A stretch of 64,000 nucleotides of DNA from the human T2T-CHM13v2.0 reference genome, Homo sapiens. The stretch lies in NCBI RefSeq assembly GCF_009914755.1, contig NC_060937.1. One strand, given 5' to 3'. The first letter of the stretch is position 1. Every line of letters starts with the position of its first letter. Of the stretch, positions 19,800 through 35,329 are shown in pieces. Made by a program: the position numbers and the translations under genes. The notes under the pieces are model-generated. The model had not been told where the DNA came from, did not search any database, and saw only the letters and a list, made by a program, of their open reading frames with translations.

Positions 19800-20284
19800 T
19801 TCTGTTTCAAACATATGTCAGCTGAAGAATACAAAATTAAACAAATACAGTATAGACAAGAGTCAAGCACAGAAGTAAGTGCTCCAGTGGATGAGAAAAT
19901 GTGAGAGAACATTAGTGGAAATTTCATGTCCAGATGAGGTGAGGGGTAACAAGTACCATCAACTTGATCATTTCTGATTTTTCCAGGAATGCCAACTTTT
20001 GACTAAATATTTTTTTCCTTCCACTTCCCATTTACTTATCTTAATTAGAGTGGCAGGGACACAAGAAAGTAGGGATGAGGGACTGAACTGTTGGATATTA
20101 TTTAACATTATCTGTGTGGATTATTCTTTTCCCTCCTCTTCAGATTTCTAAGTATTGTTTCTCCATGGTGTGGTGACAGCATATGTACTGCCTGAAATCG
20201 ATTTGGCATAAGAAGTTGAGTAGAAAACCTTACTGTTACATTATTTCAGAATATAGCTCAATGGTTAAATTAAGAGTTAGTATC

Positions 20285-20574
20285 AGCCAGGTTCAGTGGC
20301 TTATGCCTGTAATCCCAGCACTTTGGGAGGCCAAAGCGGGAGGATTGCTTAAGGCCAGGAGTTCCAGACCAATGTGGGCAATATAATGAGACCCCCATCT
20401 TTAAAAAAAAAAAAAAGAAAATTAGCTGGGTGTGTTGGGGTGCACCTGTTGTCCCAGTTACTGAGGAGGCTGAGGTGGGAGGATTGCTTGAGTCTAAGAG
20501 GTCAAGGCTGCAGTGAGCCAAGATCACACTCTGCACTCTAGCCTGGGTGACAGAGCGAGACCAAAAACAAAAAA
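20285..20574 (+). mobile_element. AluJ
   Basis: Sense Alu dimer. Confidence 0.9.
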
Positions 20575-21501
20575 GCTAGTCTAACTTGCATCAGTTTCTT
20601 CCTTCCTCCCAACATTTTTCTGTTTGGCTTGTGAGATTTTGGTCAGGGAATCTTGCCTTCCTGGGTTACATGTATTCACAGGTCTAATGCTGTGATGCCA
20701 GCAGCACTGGGAGACCACAATGCCTTATTATATATTGTCCTATTCTCTAATGACTTCCCACCTTTTCTGAGCATCTGATAATTTTTTGTTGATAAATTGT
20801 TTTATGTATCTTGTTTCCCCAGCTTGTTCCTTGTGAGCAAGAATGATTTCCATGTCATATTTTGAAATTCACAAATCACTGTATAGTCCAGGGTCCTTAG
20901 TAAATGACTAAAATGCGATTAGTACTGGAACCAGAAAAACTGCAAATTTCCTAATCGTCAGAGGGAACTGAATGTAGTGGAGATGTGGGCTGTCTCTCAG
21001 CTCTTGTGGCTTCCTGTTACATGGATAAATGGTTTGTGATGATGCATTGATAAAATATTTTTTTGAGAGGATGGGGGTAAGGATCTATTAAGTTGTTGTA
21101 AACAGGGTTTTGCAGGTATACCAGTTTCAAATTTTTAGATTGCGCTTTTTCACTCCCGTAAAACAGGCTAATTCTTCTCTACTGATTTCATTCTGATTAT
21201 TTTATGCTTGTTATTGTGAATGAGACAAATACCATTCTTGCCATTCTCATGCAGGATTAAAACTCGTGCATAATCTCTTGCAGAATCAAGAATCAAAGCA
21301 TGCACAATCTTCTATGCTTTGTCCCCATCTATGTTTTCTATTGTGTTTTCCCCTACCATCCTGCAGATAACTCTGTACTTCAACTGAATTGTTTCAGTCA
21401 TTCCTTAAACTTGTCCTATAATCTCCACCTCTGTTTTCCCCACTATTCCTGCCTGAAATGTTCAAGTCCTGCTCATTCTTCATAGCATCATTTAAATAGC
21501 C

Positions 21502-21789
21502 CTTTCTTTTTTTTCTTCTTTGGAAACGGAGTCTTGCGCTGGAGTGCAGTGGCGTAATCTTGGCTCACTGCAATCTCCGCCTCCCAGGTTCAAGCGATTC
21601 TCTTGCCTCAGCCTCTGAGTAGCTGGGACTACAGACGCACACCACCACACCCAGCTAAGTTTTGTATTTTTAGTAGAGACGGAGTTTCACCATGTTGGCC
21701 AGGATGGTCTTAATCTCCTGACCTCGTAATTCGCCCACCTCAGCCTCCCAAAGTGCTGGGATTACAGACATGAGCCACTGTGCCCAGCC
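21502..21789 (-). mobile_element. AluS
   Basis: Antisense Alu with a small deletion near its 3' end. Confidence 0.88.
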
Positions 21790-23040
21790 TAAATGGCCCT
21801 TCTGATAATACACTTTTCTTAATTATTTTTCTCTCTACCTCCCTGTGATCCTTTCTGTTTTGAATTGCCAGTGATAGAACTATTTGGGTCCTTTGCTTTT
21901 CTCTTCTTGGATTTGAAGGCTCCCAGTGTAAGAGCATGTTCTTTATCTGTCTTCTCAGTGCACTGAGCATTGTTTCAAAAATACCAGCCCATATAAACAT
22001 CATGAACAGAAAAAAATTTTAATTGAATTAATTATAAAACGCTTAGGAAGCAGGTGCCATTTTAACTAAGTTGAAGTTAAAGAGTGATGTTTTGTGGTTT
22101 GGGGTTCAAAAGGTCTATGACATTTGGCCTTCTCTTCCCTTTTCCTCTAAGGATCCTATAGCTTGAGTTGAGTGCCAGTAGAGCATTACAGGCCAGGAAG
22201 GATCCTGTAAGGGCTCACTGAGCTCTTTTTTCTTCAGAAAAGATCATAAACAAATGGTCCCAAACATAGGAGTATCTCTACCTTGTTTTTAGAAAACATC
22301 TAAAGAAGGAGACTTGTACACTTTTCTTGATAAATCGTTGTAAATGACTCTTGCTGTCAGAAGTTTTACTGTATAATAACTAAATACTTAATCATGTAAC
22401 TGATGACAATTTTATGAGTTTAAAACTTTAGCTGGAAGTGTGCTTTGTTTTGACCTTACTTTGTATTTTCATAACACCCTGTTAATGTACGGAACAGTGG
22501 AATAGCTTCTCCATTGATACCAGTGAGCCCTGGAGCTTCTGCTCCAGCCCATAGCATCGTAGCCAGGTTTGGATTTTCCCCAATACCATCATGTCACTTC
22601 TTGCTAATAAAAGCTGTAGGGGTTGTCTGTGACTCTTCAGATGAAAATACCTTAAGTACCTGAAAATCACCATTTTTGAAAAAAGGGAATTTGTTATGCA
22701 TGCAAACCTCAGTTTTGGAGATGTTTCCTGGTGCTATTATAAGTTGTTTCTTATATCTTTGATTACTTAATACTGTACTTCTGTTTTTGGAATCCACTGT
22801 TAATTTATGTGTGTTTTCTTAGCTTTTATTACTGGGGAAAGTGTTATGTTTATTGGTACAAGTACCCTTTTTTTCTTTTAAAATGGTCACACTCTCATTT
22901 TTTAAATACATCATTACACTGGTGTTACTTTCCTGGTGTTATTTTCCTGACTCTAAAGAAAGGAACTTTTAAATAAATTAATTATTGTTTTCTGCGTTAT
23001 TGAACATGTGGTCAATTGTCATGTTCATACATCCCAATGA

Positions 23041-23160
<120 letters not shown>

Positions 23161-24816
23161 TGAGAGGCTGTCCAAAATATACTTTTGATGAAAATTGCAG
23201 TTACCAGAGTTTTATTAAACTGACAGGTAAACAGATACCAAAAGCATAATGGAGTAATTACAGTAACCATCTAATTTTTACACTTTTGAATGGGAAAAAG
23301 ATTGAAATTATGTGGAAACCTTCCTTATTTATATTTTGATGATGATTATCTTATTATAGAAAGGGTTTTACTGTTTTAAACATTAACAAAGGATTTTCTT
23401 TTTGTTTTTACCGTATATTTTTAAAAATTACAGTCAGGATTCTATTTTCTGGGCATAAATTACTAACATTTGGCTATATAATTCTAAATGTCATCTAAAG
23501 ATTTAAATCAACTATATTTAAAAGCAGTTATAATTTCATTGAGACTTAATGTATTACCTCAATATGTAGTTGCTTTCCTTTGCTAGTGCATAAAAGTAGT
23601 GAATTACTTTGATAATTTTAGAGTGTGAAATATATTCTTTTTCCTTGAGTTTGAAATTACTGTGTCCTTTATATGGAATGCGCTCTTATTATAATTTAGA
23701 ATACTTTTTATGGCCCAATCTCAGAAGTTACACAGGTTTCCCTCCAGTGAACACAGCTTCTGCTCAAATTCAAGGGGAGGGGACTGAGTCTTCACTTCTT
23801 CATGAGAGCGTGGGCAAGATTCTTAGAAGAGCACGTGGAATGGGAGATATTGTTGTGGCCATCTTTGGAAAAGACAATCTGCCACAGCCCGTTTTGTGGG
23901 AAAGAATGGTATCATAAAGAAGTCGAATACAACTTAATGGTTTTGCAAGAGATGTGTATTTTGTGGACTTCAATTTTTTTCTCATTGTTTTTCTGTTTTG
24001 CACAGTACTTACATAGCAATTTCACTGAACGCTTAGCGCTTATTTTTCATTATTCATCTTAGGATCTCAGGTTTCTTATCAGTCATTTCTCCAGGGCTAC
24101 TGTTAGTAACTTACTCTTTTATGGTGCGGATTACTCTTTATAGTTTCTTGGAAGTGAGGTTTGCTGTGCTGCTGTTGATTTATAAATTTTAATTTACAGC
24201 TTAATATTTTGAGAAATCACTATATCCATTCATATATTAGGCATCATTTTGTAAATAATTTAGCCCTTTCTTGCCAAGTAAATAGCACATTGATTCAAAA
24301 TATGTTTATAAAATTAATAAAAATACATGAATAATTTTCTACTTAAAATATTACTCTCTTCAGCTTGATAAATAAACCGTCTCAGAAAACTTGTTGAGAT
24401 CAACACAGGCGTGCCTATTAGATTTAATAATACAAGCTCCTCATTTTAAGAAGTTGCTCTATGTCCCTTATTTATTTGGGAAAGTCAAAACTACCTAAAA
24501 AGGGAAAGAACAGTACTGCAAACATGCCTATGCTTGTCTTTTGGAGCCACTAACCGTGAACACCATACCACAACTTATCCACCCCTTCTTTTCCTCTCTC
24601 CCTCTCGAGGAAGTAATTGGTTTTTACATAATCCACAAAGATTTCATTTTTCAGGTACAAAGGAAAATTTGGTAGCTTAATTACTTTATTCCTTTATCCT
24701 AAGGGGTGTCTTTTTCTTGTAACATCTTTCCTATGTTTTTTGGGGGGAAGTAGCATCTATGACTTGTCTTGGAATCTGTAGGACATCTGAAAGATTTTTT
24801 TTTAAAATGTAATGGT

Positions 24817-25117
<301 letters not shown>

Positions 25118-25681
25118 TTTATTATATAGTAAATTTGGGTGAGAATTATGAAGATTGTTGAAGGTTCACTTAGATATTTTCATAGTAATCTCTGGCTTTC
25201 TTTTCCCTATTCAAGTTTAAATGAAGCGTATGGCATGATTGGGAAACTGATTGTGTCTATATTTTTGAATATCCCCACTAAGACTTTTGGCATTGTGAGT
25301 GCAATTTCTGTTTTATTTTTGTATTCCTAGCATCTAAAATATATCCAGGCACAAAGTTCAGTAAATACTTATTGAATGAATGTATAATTGAATGTCACCA
25401 ATGATATTCATAATAGAGTTTCCCATGAGTTCTAAAATAGGTTGTTGGCGATGCTTTCAAACTTGCTGCTTATTTTATTTTGGTGACTTTGACTTTTTAC
25501 TTGTGGTGTTCTGGGTTTAAATGCAAAATGAAAGATCTCAATCATTATAGTGGAGGCAAACTGTAAAGTGCTATATTTTTTCTTTCTGTTATTATATCCA
25601 ATCTAATAAAAAGTTGATTATATGGTATCGAAAACTAATTCATTTTGCTTCCAGTTTCTTTGAAGTTTGCAGCCTCCTAAG

Positions 25682-25747
25682 ATTCCCCTAAATCAACAAT
25701 GTAATGGAGGACTTTATTCCCCTAAATCAACAATGTGATGGAGGACT
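25682..25747. repeat. 34-bp tandem duplication (2 copies)
   Basis: attcccctaaatcaacaatgt(a/g)atggaggact twice. Confidence 0.9.
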
Positions 25748-25808
25748 GAGAAAACCTAATACCTTTTCTCTGAGACCTCTGAGAAATGAGTTTTTTGCAA
25801 TGTTTTGA

Positions 25809-26189
<381 letters not shown>

Positions 26190-26453
26190 TAGTTGTTTCC
26201 AATATTACTAGGTGGACTGTAGGATTAAATGATATTATTTTAAAGTTGTAATAATTAAAACGCATCTTAAGTGTACCAACCTGGATTACTATATGACAAG
26301 GATTATCATTAAATTTTTCTATTAGTAGTCTGTCATCGCCAAAACTAGAAGCAGCTTTTGAGATGAAAAACCATCCTTTAAAAAAAAAAAAAAGGAAGAA
26401 CGGTCAGACTAACAAAACAAATAGAGCAATAGGGCTGACATCATTAAAGAAAA

Positions 26454-26763
26454 CACAAAACAAGCAAATCAGATAGTTGTTTTTTATATTACTAGATGGA
26501 CCATTTGCAACTTAAAGGACTGGAAGAATTTGGTTTCAGTATTGTACATTAAATACAGACATTTAGTCTTCAGATTAAGAAACTTTATTAAATATAAAAG
26601 GAATTAAAGCACAAAAATAAGCAAATTGGATAGTTATTTCTAATATTAGTAGATGGACCATTTGCCTCTTAAAGGATCGGAAGAATTGGCTTTAATGTTG
26701 TACATTAAATACAGGTATTTAATCTTCAGATTAAGAAACTTTATTAAATGTAAAGGAATTAAA
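26454..26763. repeat. About 156-bp tandem duplication (2 diverged copies)
   Basis: cacaaaa..agcaaat..gatagtt..tagatggaccatttgc..cttcagattaagaaactttattaaat..aaggaattaaa repeats at 26454 and 26610. Confidence 0.9.
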
Positions 26764-26834
26764 TTTTATATGCTGATTATATCAATGGATAGAAGGCAAT
26801 ATATGCTCAATTACTTTTAGGCAAGCAAGTTTGG

Positions 26835-27108
26835 GTTTTTTTTTTAATTGTTTTTTCTTTTCTTTTTTTTTTGAGATGGAGTCTCACTCTCACCCAGGCT
26901 GTAGTGCAGTGACATAATTTCTGCCCACCGTAGCCTCTGCTTCCCAGGTTCAAGCGGTTCTCCTGCTTCAGTCTCCTGAGTAGCTGGGACTACAGGCATG
27001 GGCCACCACAACCAGCTAATTTTTGTATTTTTAGTACTGATGGGATTTCATCATGTTGGCCAGGCTGGTCTCGAACTTCTGACCTCAGGGAAGCCACTGT
27101 GCCCACCC
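26835..27108 (-). mobile_element. AluS with an internal deletion in the left arm
   Basis: gacctcaggg joined directly to agccactgtgccc; TSD caagtttg. Confidence 0.85.
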
Positions 27109-27597
27109 AAGTTTGTGTTTTGAAAAGATTGGTCAAATGAGCCCTAAATATTTGAATAATAGGCATATTTTAATAGTAATGATTTAAATTAGTTTGTAAA
27201 CAAAATATATAAAGCAATAATTAGGTCCATATTTTTATTTTAAAAAACTATACTTTTATAATTACTATTTTTGATCAATTTTATAGAAGATAAAATTGTA
27301 ATGATCTGTGTGGGTGTATGTGGGAGGCAACTGCATTTCAAGATGTGGATTTAAAATATTAAGCAGTGTTCTTAAGAATCTTCCTGTTGGATGTTCAATC
27401 TCAATGAGTGTATTTGCTGTAGTTCCACTCCAGTCATGCAGGTGACTAGACCCTTTACATTTTTCTTTGCATCTTCTGACTTCTGAATCAAACAGATGTT
27501 TTTTTATATTTTTGCTAGTGGAATTAAGGTATATTATGGTTGAAGAAATGGAATTAATTTTACTTGCTCTGTATGGTTTATTAAAATATCATATTTA

Positions 27598-27893
27598 GGC
27601 TGGGCACTGTGGCTCACACCTGTAATCCCAGCACTTTGGGAGGCTGAGGCAGGTGGATCACCTTAGGTCAGGAGTTCAAGACCATCCTGGCCAACGTGTT
27701 GAAACCCTGTCTCTACCAAAAATATAAAAATTAGCCGGGCGTGGTGGCACACACCTGTATTCCCAGCTACTCGGGAGGCTGAGGTGGAAGATTCACTTGA
27801 AACCCGGCAGGCAGAGGTTGCAGTGAGCTGAGATCCTGCCACTGCACTCCAGCCTGGGCGACAGAGTGAGACTCTGTCTCAAAAAAAAAAAAA
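27598..27893 (+). mobile_element. AluS
   Basis: Sense Alu dimer with poly(A). Confidence 0.92.
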
Positions 27894-28135
27894 GTGATAC
27901 TTAGCAGTTGGTAAAGTATCGGCATTCCTGTTTCAATGGAAAATCTAGGATCTGAGAAGTTAAATAACTCATCCATGGTCACAGAGTTAGTGAGTGGAAA
28001 AGTCACAGGTCAACCAAAATTAACTTAGTTATTTGTATATTGAGTAAAGGTTTTTGCTTTTTTCAGAATAAGCCAAAATAAATATTTAATCGATTGTGTT
28101 TTCTTTTATAATGATAGCTCTATTTGTTTTGTTAG

Positions 28136-28399
<264 letters not shown>

Positions 28400-29249
28400 T
28401 AGAATGATTGTGAGTTGTGCCTTTAGAATCTGTTGTACTTTCCGTTAAAGTGCTAGGATGTTGGTTGGGATTGGGAATGATACAAAAATCTACCTCCAAA
28501 AAATGCATTCCTAAGATAGCCGACCAGGCTAATCTCCTTCCAAGACTGGACCATTATAGGGCATTTTTTAAAAAAGAAAAGTGCCTGACCTGGACTCCTG
28601 TGCTACTTCAGTTTACCAAATGTCCGTGTAGCTTGCTGTGACAGGTGTTCTGCTAGGAGCTTGTTGTATAGAGATCTGTAAATCATTTCTTCTATTCAGT
28701 TTAAGATATTCATCCTTAAAGTGGTTACGTAGGGGCATAGATTTTGGCAAAACAAAATGGGTTTTCTAAAATAAAACGGGGAAGAAGACAAGTCTGTTGA
28801 AGTTTTCATTTGCCTGTTGAAAATGCCTTCATGCTAATTTTATACATTATGACTATGAATTGATATGTAATAGCTAAAATTGATAAAAACAAATGTCAAA
28901 TTAGAAATAATGAATTTTAAGTATTTTTTTAAATCTTAATTTGGTGTGGAGAGGGAACCAGATAAATAAAAGGTTATTTGCTGACCTTATATTTTCTGAC
29001 AGGGGCATGATACAAAAAGTCCTAGATTCTGTCAGTTTATTCCTTAAGTTTAATGGTCACTTTCATAGATATTATTTATGGGTGGAAAATCATCATTTCA
29101 ATCCTCAAATTTTCTAAAGTGAGAAAAAATATCCAAACTTATATAATCAGTTGGATGTTTTACAACATTGAACACAGTTTCTTTCTGAGGCTAGCAGGCT
29201 TTGTTTTTTGCCTTTTTAAAAAGATTTTCTAAATTGATATATCACATAT

Positions 29250-29775
29250 AATATCTGTATATCATATATACGGTATCTGTATATCATATATACGGTATCT
29301 GTATATCATATAGTATCTGTATATCGTATATATATATATATGGTATCTGTATATCGTATATATATGGTATCTGTATGTCATAGATACAGTATCTGTATGT
29401 CATAGATACGGTATCTGTATGTCATATATACGGTATCTGTATGTCATATATACGGTATCTGTATGTCATATATACGGTATCTGTATATCGTATATATACG
29501 GTATCTGTATATCGTATATATACGGTATCTGTATATCGTATATATACGGTATCTGTATATCGTATATATACGGTATCTGTATATCGTATATATACGGTAT
29601 CTGTATATCGTATATATACGGTATCTGTATATCGTATATATACGGTATCTGTATATCGTATATATACGGTATCTGTATATCGTATATATGTGATATCTGT
29701 ATCTCGTATATATGTGATATCTGTATATCATATATATGTGATATCTGTATCTCATATATATGTATATATATATAC
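29250..29775. repeat. AT-rich VNTR with 22- and 24-bp units
   Basis: Nine perfect tacggtatctgtatatcgtatata copies (29473-29688), flanked by 22-bp and degenerate units. Confidence 0.95.
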
Positions 29776-31190
29776 AGTGAAATCCATAAATCTTAAGTGT
29801 GCAATTGAAGACAATTTCTATACACACACATCTAATTGTGTAACAACCATCCAGGTCTAGATAGAGAATGTCCCATCACACCACTTCCTAGTCAGTCCCT
29901 ACCTGTGGCCGCCAAAAGTAACTGCTGTTCCTATCTGATGTCAGAGATTAGTTCTTAAATTGCATAAATGAAATCCAGTGATATAGTCTGTCACGTCTTC
30001 TTTTTCACACATCATCATATCTTTGAGATTCTTCCCTGAGGCTCTGTTGTCCTTTGCTTCTAAGAATTGCTCTGTGATCTCCCATTATTTGACTCACCTG
30101 CAGTTTATCCATATTGTTGTTGATGGATCTTTGGGTTTTTAGTTTCTTTATATTAGAAATAAATTGCTGTGTCTTTTTATGAACATATATACATCTCTAG
30201 GATAGACTGAGGAGAGGTATTGTTGGATTACATAGTAAGGTTATTTTTAGTTTTAGTGGGTACTCTGGTTGTGCTAATGTATACTCCCACCAGAAATACA
30301 TGAGAGTTTCCATTGATGCCACCCCTGCCAACGTGTGATATTTTCAATTTTTGAAAACATTTAACCATATTAGTGGACTTACGATGGTATGTCTGTTTAA
30401 TTTGCATTTCCTGGATGAGTAATGATGTTAAGCATCTGTTTATAAGTTTATTGACCATTTGAATGGCTTATTTTGTGAAGTGACTTCTCAAACTTTCATC
30501 CTTGCCTTCCTTTTTCAAATTAGATTTTTAAAAATTACTGGAGTGTCCGAGTTCTGTATCAATTTTGTTTATGAGTCCTTTGTCAGATGTATGTATAGTG
30601 TATCCTTCTCCCTTCATGCGGCTTGCCTGTTCACTTTGATAATAATGTCTTTCAAAGAACAGAAGTTCTGAATTATAGTGAAGTCAAGTTTAAGTCTACT
30701 TTGTGTACCCTAGTTAGGAGTTTTTTTGTTTTAGGTATGATATTTAAGTCTGTTACTCTCCTTTACTTATTATTATTTTGTTTGTTTGATGTGAGGCAGG
30801 GTCAGAGTAATTTTTAAAATTCTGATATCCACTTTTTCCAGCATCATTTATTGCAGTGACCTTTTGTTGCATATTAAGTGAGACTTCGTCATTGTCTTAA
30901 CTATTTTGCTTTTATAATAAATCTAGAAACCTGATTCTGTAAGTGATCTAAATGTATTGTTTTTCTGCAGATAGTTTTCATTCTCTTTAGGTTCTTTGAA
31001 TTTCCGTGAAAAGTTTAGACTTCACCTGTCAACCTGTTCCCCCTACGGACACCTACGCCTACACCCACCCACTCCCACCTCTACCTCCACTCCCACACAC
31101 CCCATCTGATGGGAGATTTGTATTTGGGTCGTATTGAATCTAGAGATTATTCTGGGGAGAATTGACATCTTAACAATGTTGAATTTTCTT
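29776..31190 (-). mobile_element. Old L1M 3' fragment
   Basis: Degenerate L1 3' end and ORF2 motifs (gagaattgacatcttaacaatgttga). Confidence 0.65.
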
Positions 31191-31269
31191 TCTTCCCTCT
31201 CTCCCTCCCTCCTTCGCTCCCTCCCTCCTTCTTTCTGACAGAATTTTACTCTCTCTCCCAGGCTAGAAT

Positions 31270-31560
31270 TCTGGATATTTTGTGAAGGTAGACCAGATTT
31301 TCTAATAGATGGATGTTATGTACAAGAAAAAAAAAATAAGGTGATTTTAGGGTTTTGGCCTAAGAAATGAGAAGAATGGAGTGGGCTTTTACTGAGATAG
31401 GAAAGACTGTGAGATGTGCTTGTTTTTGAGGGAGGAAATCAGGTTATAAAGTTGGATAAATCAAGGTTGAAATGCCCATTAGATATCTAAGTGTAGATGT
31501 TGAGTAGACAGTTGGCTATTTAAATCTGTAATTTAAGGGAGATATTTAGATTGTCCTTCT
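31270..31560 (+). mobile_element. L2 fragment
   Basis: Degenerate L2 motifs (tgaaatgcccattagatatctaagtg). Confidence 0.55.
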
Positions 31561-33227
31561 TGTAAGATCGTAGGGGCAGAATTAATTTTGTCCTTCACTG
31601 TATTCCCCATCTAGCACTTGTTCACACTACTGGAAGACCACTTAGGTAGGCTGTTTTATCTTTAACTAGTTGAATTTCGTAACAGGCCATGAGGTCCTTA
31701 AGGGTAGAGAGTAGGTCTTACTCATTTGCTGTCCCCAGCAACCAGACCATTGTCTTTGACATTACTAATACTCAATAAATGTTTGTTATTTTGTGTTAAA
31801 TAATTACATACCTAGATCAGCTTTTTAGTTTATTTTATTTAGCCATGGCATACAGCCTGGGTGATATTTTTAAACATAAGTGAAAATGCCTCCCAGTTAA
31901 TAGGCCACACAGATGTTCTCATATCTCATCTATACTTAGAAGGGTTTTTAATTTACTTTTCTTTAGTTTTCACTTATTTATATTAAGTAATTTATGCACA
32001 TGATAAAGGGTAATTAATAAAAAGTAAGCATCCCTTTTACTCTATTCTAAGTCCTCTAGTTTCTGTCCCTAAATGCAGGCACCGTTACTGTTTCTTGGCT
32101 ATTCCTCCATACATAGTCTAAGAAGTATATGTGTGTATGTCACCTATTATTTTTCACATGAGCCATTATATACTATGTCCTTTCCACAATGAAACTGCAC
32201 TGGTAGTGTGAATGGCACCTCTCTTTGTGGCATAAACCAGTATTTCTCAACCAGGGCACTACTGGCATTTCCTGGGTTGGGTCTAGGGATACCAACAGGC
32301 TTGCATTATGTGACATTGTCTATTATAATAAAGCTTTTTCAGGAAGCAGTATAGCTTAGAGATTTTTCTACATTCAGTACGTGTAAACCTATAAAATTTT
32401 TAAAAAACTCATGATGCATTTAAGGATTAACTTCCCTTAAAAGCAGTATTTATTTATAATGTTTTCTGATTACATGGCTTCCTCATTTATTTAATGGAAT
32501 AAATAATCAGCAAATCATTTTTGTTGAATGCCTAGTAAGTGCACAGAATTTTTAAAAAATGAACTGGGAGACTATACAGAATTTAGAGAAGAACAAACTC
32601 TTGATTCTGTATATGAATCTGATATTTTATAGTTGGAAATATTTCTGAGAATTCTTGGTTATTTTGGCTTTATTTCTTGGAGACTGTCTACTTTTACTTT
32701 CTTGTCAACTAGAATTTAAAAAGAGGTTGAGAGTTATTTTAATGATTTCAAATATTTTTAGATTTACTTCATGCAGCCACCTTTGAGTCTTAGAAAATTC
32801 CAGCTTATTGGCATTTTATTGCTGTTATGTTTTCCTTCATTGCTTGGAATCATTCTTGAGTTTCAGAAAGGGTTTGTTCCTAAAAATTAACTTTACAGTC
32901 ATATATTAACTATTTATTTTACATTTTACCAATTATAGCCATGATCTTTATTTGATTTTTTTCAGAAGCCATATCAAATATTAAGATTGATATTATCTGC
33001 TATTTATAATGCACAAAGAAACAGAATGACTTGTTCAGAGAAGTTGCATAGCTGTTTGGAACTAAAATTAGTGCCTGGTCTTTGGGCTTCTAAAACAGAT
33101 CTTACCTCTGTAAACCTAATATATGTATTCAGAAATATAAATCAACACCTTAAATCTGAAAATAGATTGGTCCGTTTCTGAAAATCAGATGTTCTAGGCA
33201 AAAACTTTAATGAAGAGCTGCTTTTGA

Positions 33228-33400
33228 GTTTCCAGATTTAGCTGAAAAAGATACATGTTAAATTTGAATTTCAGATTAACAATGATTTTTTAAAATCACT
33301 GTTCCATGTAGTACTTGGGACATAGCTAGAAAAAAATTATTCATTGTTTATCTGAAATTTAAATGTAGCTGGATATCTTGTATTTTATCTGGCAATCTCA
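33228..33400. mobile_element. hAT MITE (MER53-like), palindromic
   Basis: ccagattta...tatctgg and tttcagat/atctgaaa inverted arms. Confidence 0.6.
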
Positions 33401-33415
33401 GCTTATTTTCCATTA

Positions 33416-33640
33416 CAGGTTGAATGTATCTCTTAACTGAAATGCTTGGGACCAGAAGTGTTTCAGATTTCAGATTTTTTTGGGTTTTGGAATATTTGCA
33501 TTTATACCTGCTGGTTGGGTATCCCTAATCTGAAAATTCGAAATGCTCCAGTGACTGTTTCCTTTGAGCGTGATGTCAAAAAATTTCAGCTTTTGGAGCA
33601 TTTTGGATTTCAGATTTTCTGGTTAGAGATGTTCAATGGG
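33416..33640. mobile_element. Tigger4a/MER46-like DNA element
   Basis: TA-caggttga start; aaatgcttgggaccagaagtgttt and aaattcgaaatgctcca motifs. Confidence 0.7.
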
Positions 33641-34071
33641 AAAAACTATTATGTTTGTATATTAACTCCAGACCTTTAGCAGTTTCCTAGAACAAAAATA
33701 AACCACAGTACAGACATCCATAGATAGATAACAGATTACATATTGGGTGGAAATGCATACAATGTCATTTCCCAATCAACAGACATTTAATAATGTTAAC
33801 ATCAAGCAGATGTTTGTAATAAAGCTGCGGTGGCACTCCTCAGCAACATTGACATCCAGTGTTTATCCCCTTCACTAACACTCAGTGTCCTTCACAAAAT
33901 TTGTACAACTGATTCTGATGTTTTACTCGTTGTATTTGAAAGGTGATATGAACACTTTTTCCTCAAATCTTTTTGATAAAAATGTTTTATTGAGCTTTGG
34001 AGTAATAAATATAGTTTTCCTTTGTTAACATGAATCAAAATAATGTTTTGAGAGGTATGTATATACTATGA

Positions 34072-34272
<201 letters not shown>

Positions 34273-34284
34273 TAAGTCTCCTAA

Positions 34285-34636
<352 letters not shown>

Positions 34637-35329
34637 CATTTCTTTTTTTATTTGTTTGCTTTATCAGCTACAATTGCACTAATGTTCATGTAGACTCTGT
34701 TACTGCATATTTTTATAATTAAGAATTTGTTACTTGATTTCCTCAGTGCTTTAATGTGTAAAAGGGAGAGAATACTTGAAAAAGAAGTGGGTTTTTATTA
34801 GAGGAGAAAGTTGGGTAGACAGCCAACTGTGACTTCTGCAGGCTTCTAGGAAGTATGGAACCTGATGGTACTTCACGGGATTTCTGAGATATATGCCTTC
34901 TAGACTTTCATGTTGGTGAAGGGTTCATAAAGTTGGTCCTGAATTTATCCTACCATGAAAGGCTTCTGGAGTGTGGTTCTTGGAAATTCCTTGAATTATC
35001 AGAGCCACTTTGGGTACTTCTCCAGGGCATCTTTCATGAGTTTGGTGTATGGGGCCTTATTTCTCATTTGATGCTAGGTTGCTATTTGTATATACTCTGG
35101 TATTCTCTTTGTTCTTAAAAATCCTCAGGTGAGTGTTCCTAGTAATTTTTAATTACCAGACGGTAAGAAGTATAGCTTATTGTAGCTTTAATCAGCAGAG
35201 CTAGCATATCTTGATATAATGCCTATATAGTTTCTGAAAATAGTAAGTGAGAATGTGAGTATATTTTTAATCCCGGAGTAATGGTAAAAATTCAACTCTA
35301 TTTTAGTTACATTGGTTTTTAAAAATATG

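Noticed and set aside
29419-29860. Repetitive Ile/Tyr-rich ORFs on both strands, or a CRISPR-like array
   Set aside because: Translation of a 24-bp stop-free VNTR; there are no unique spacers
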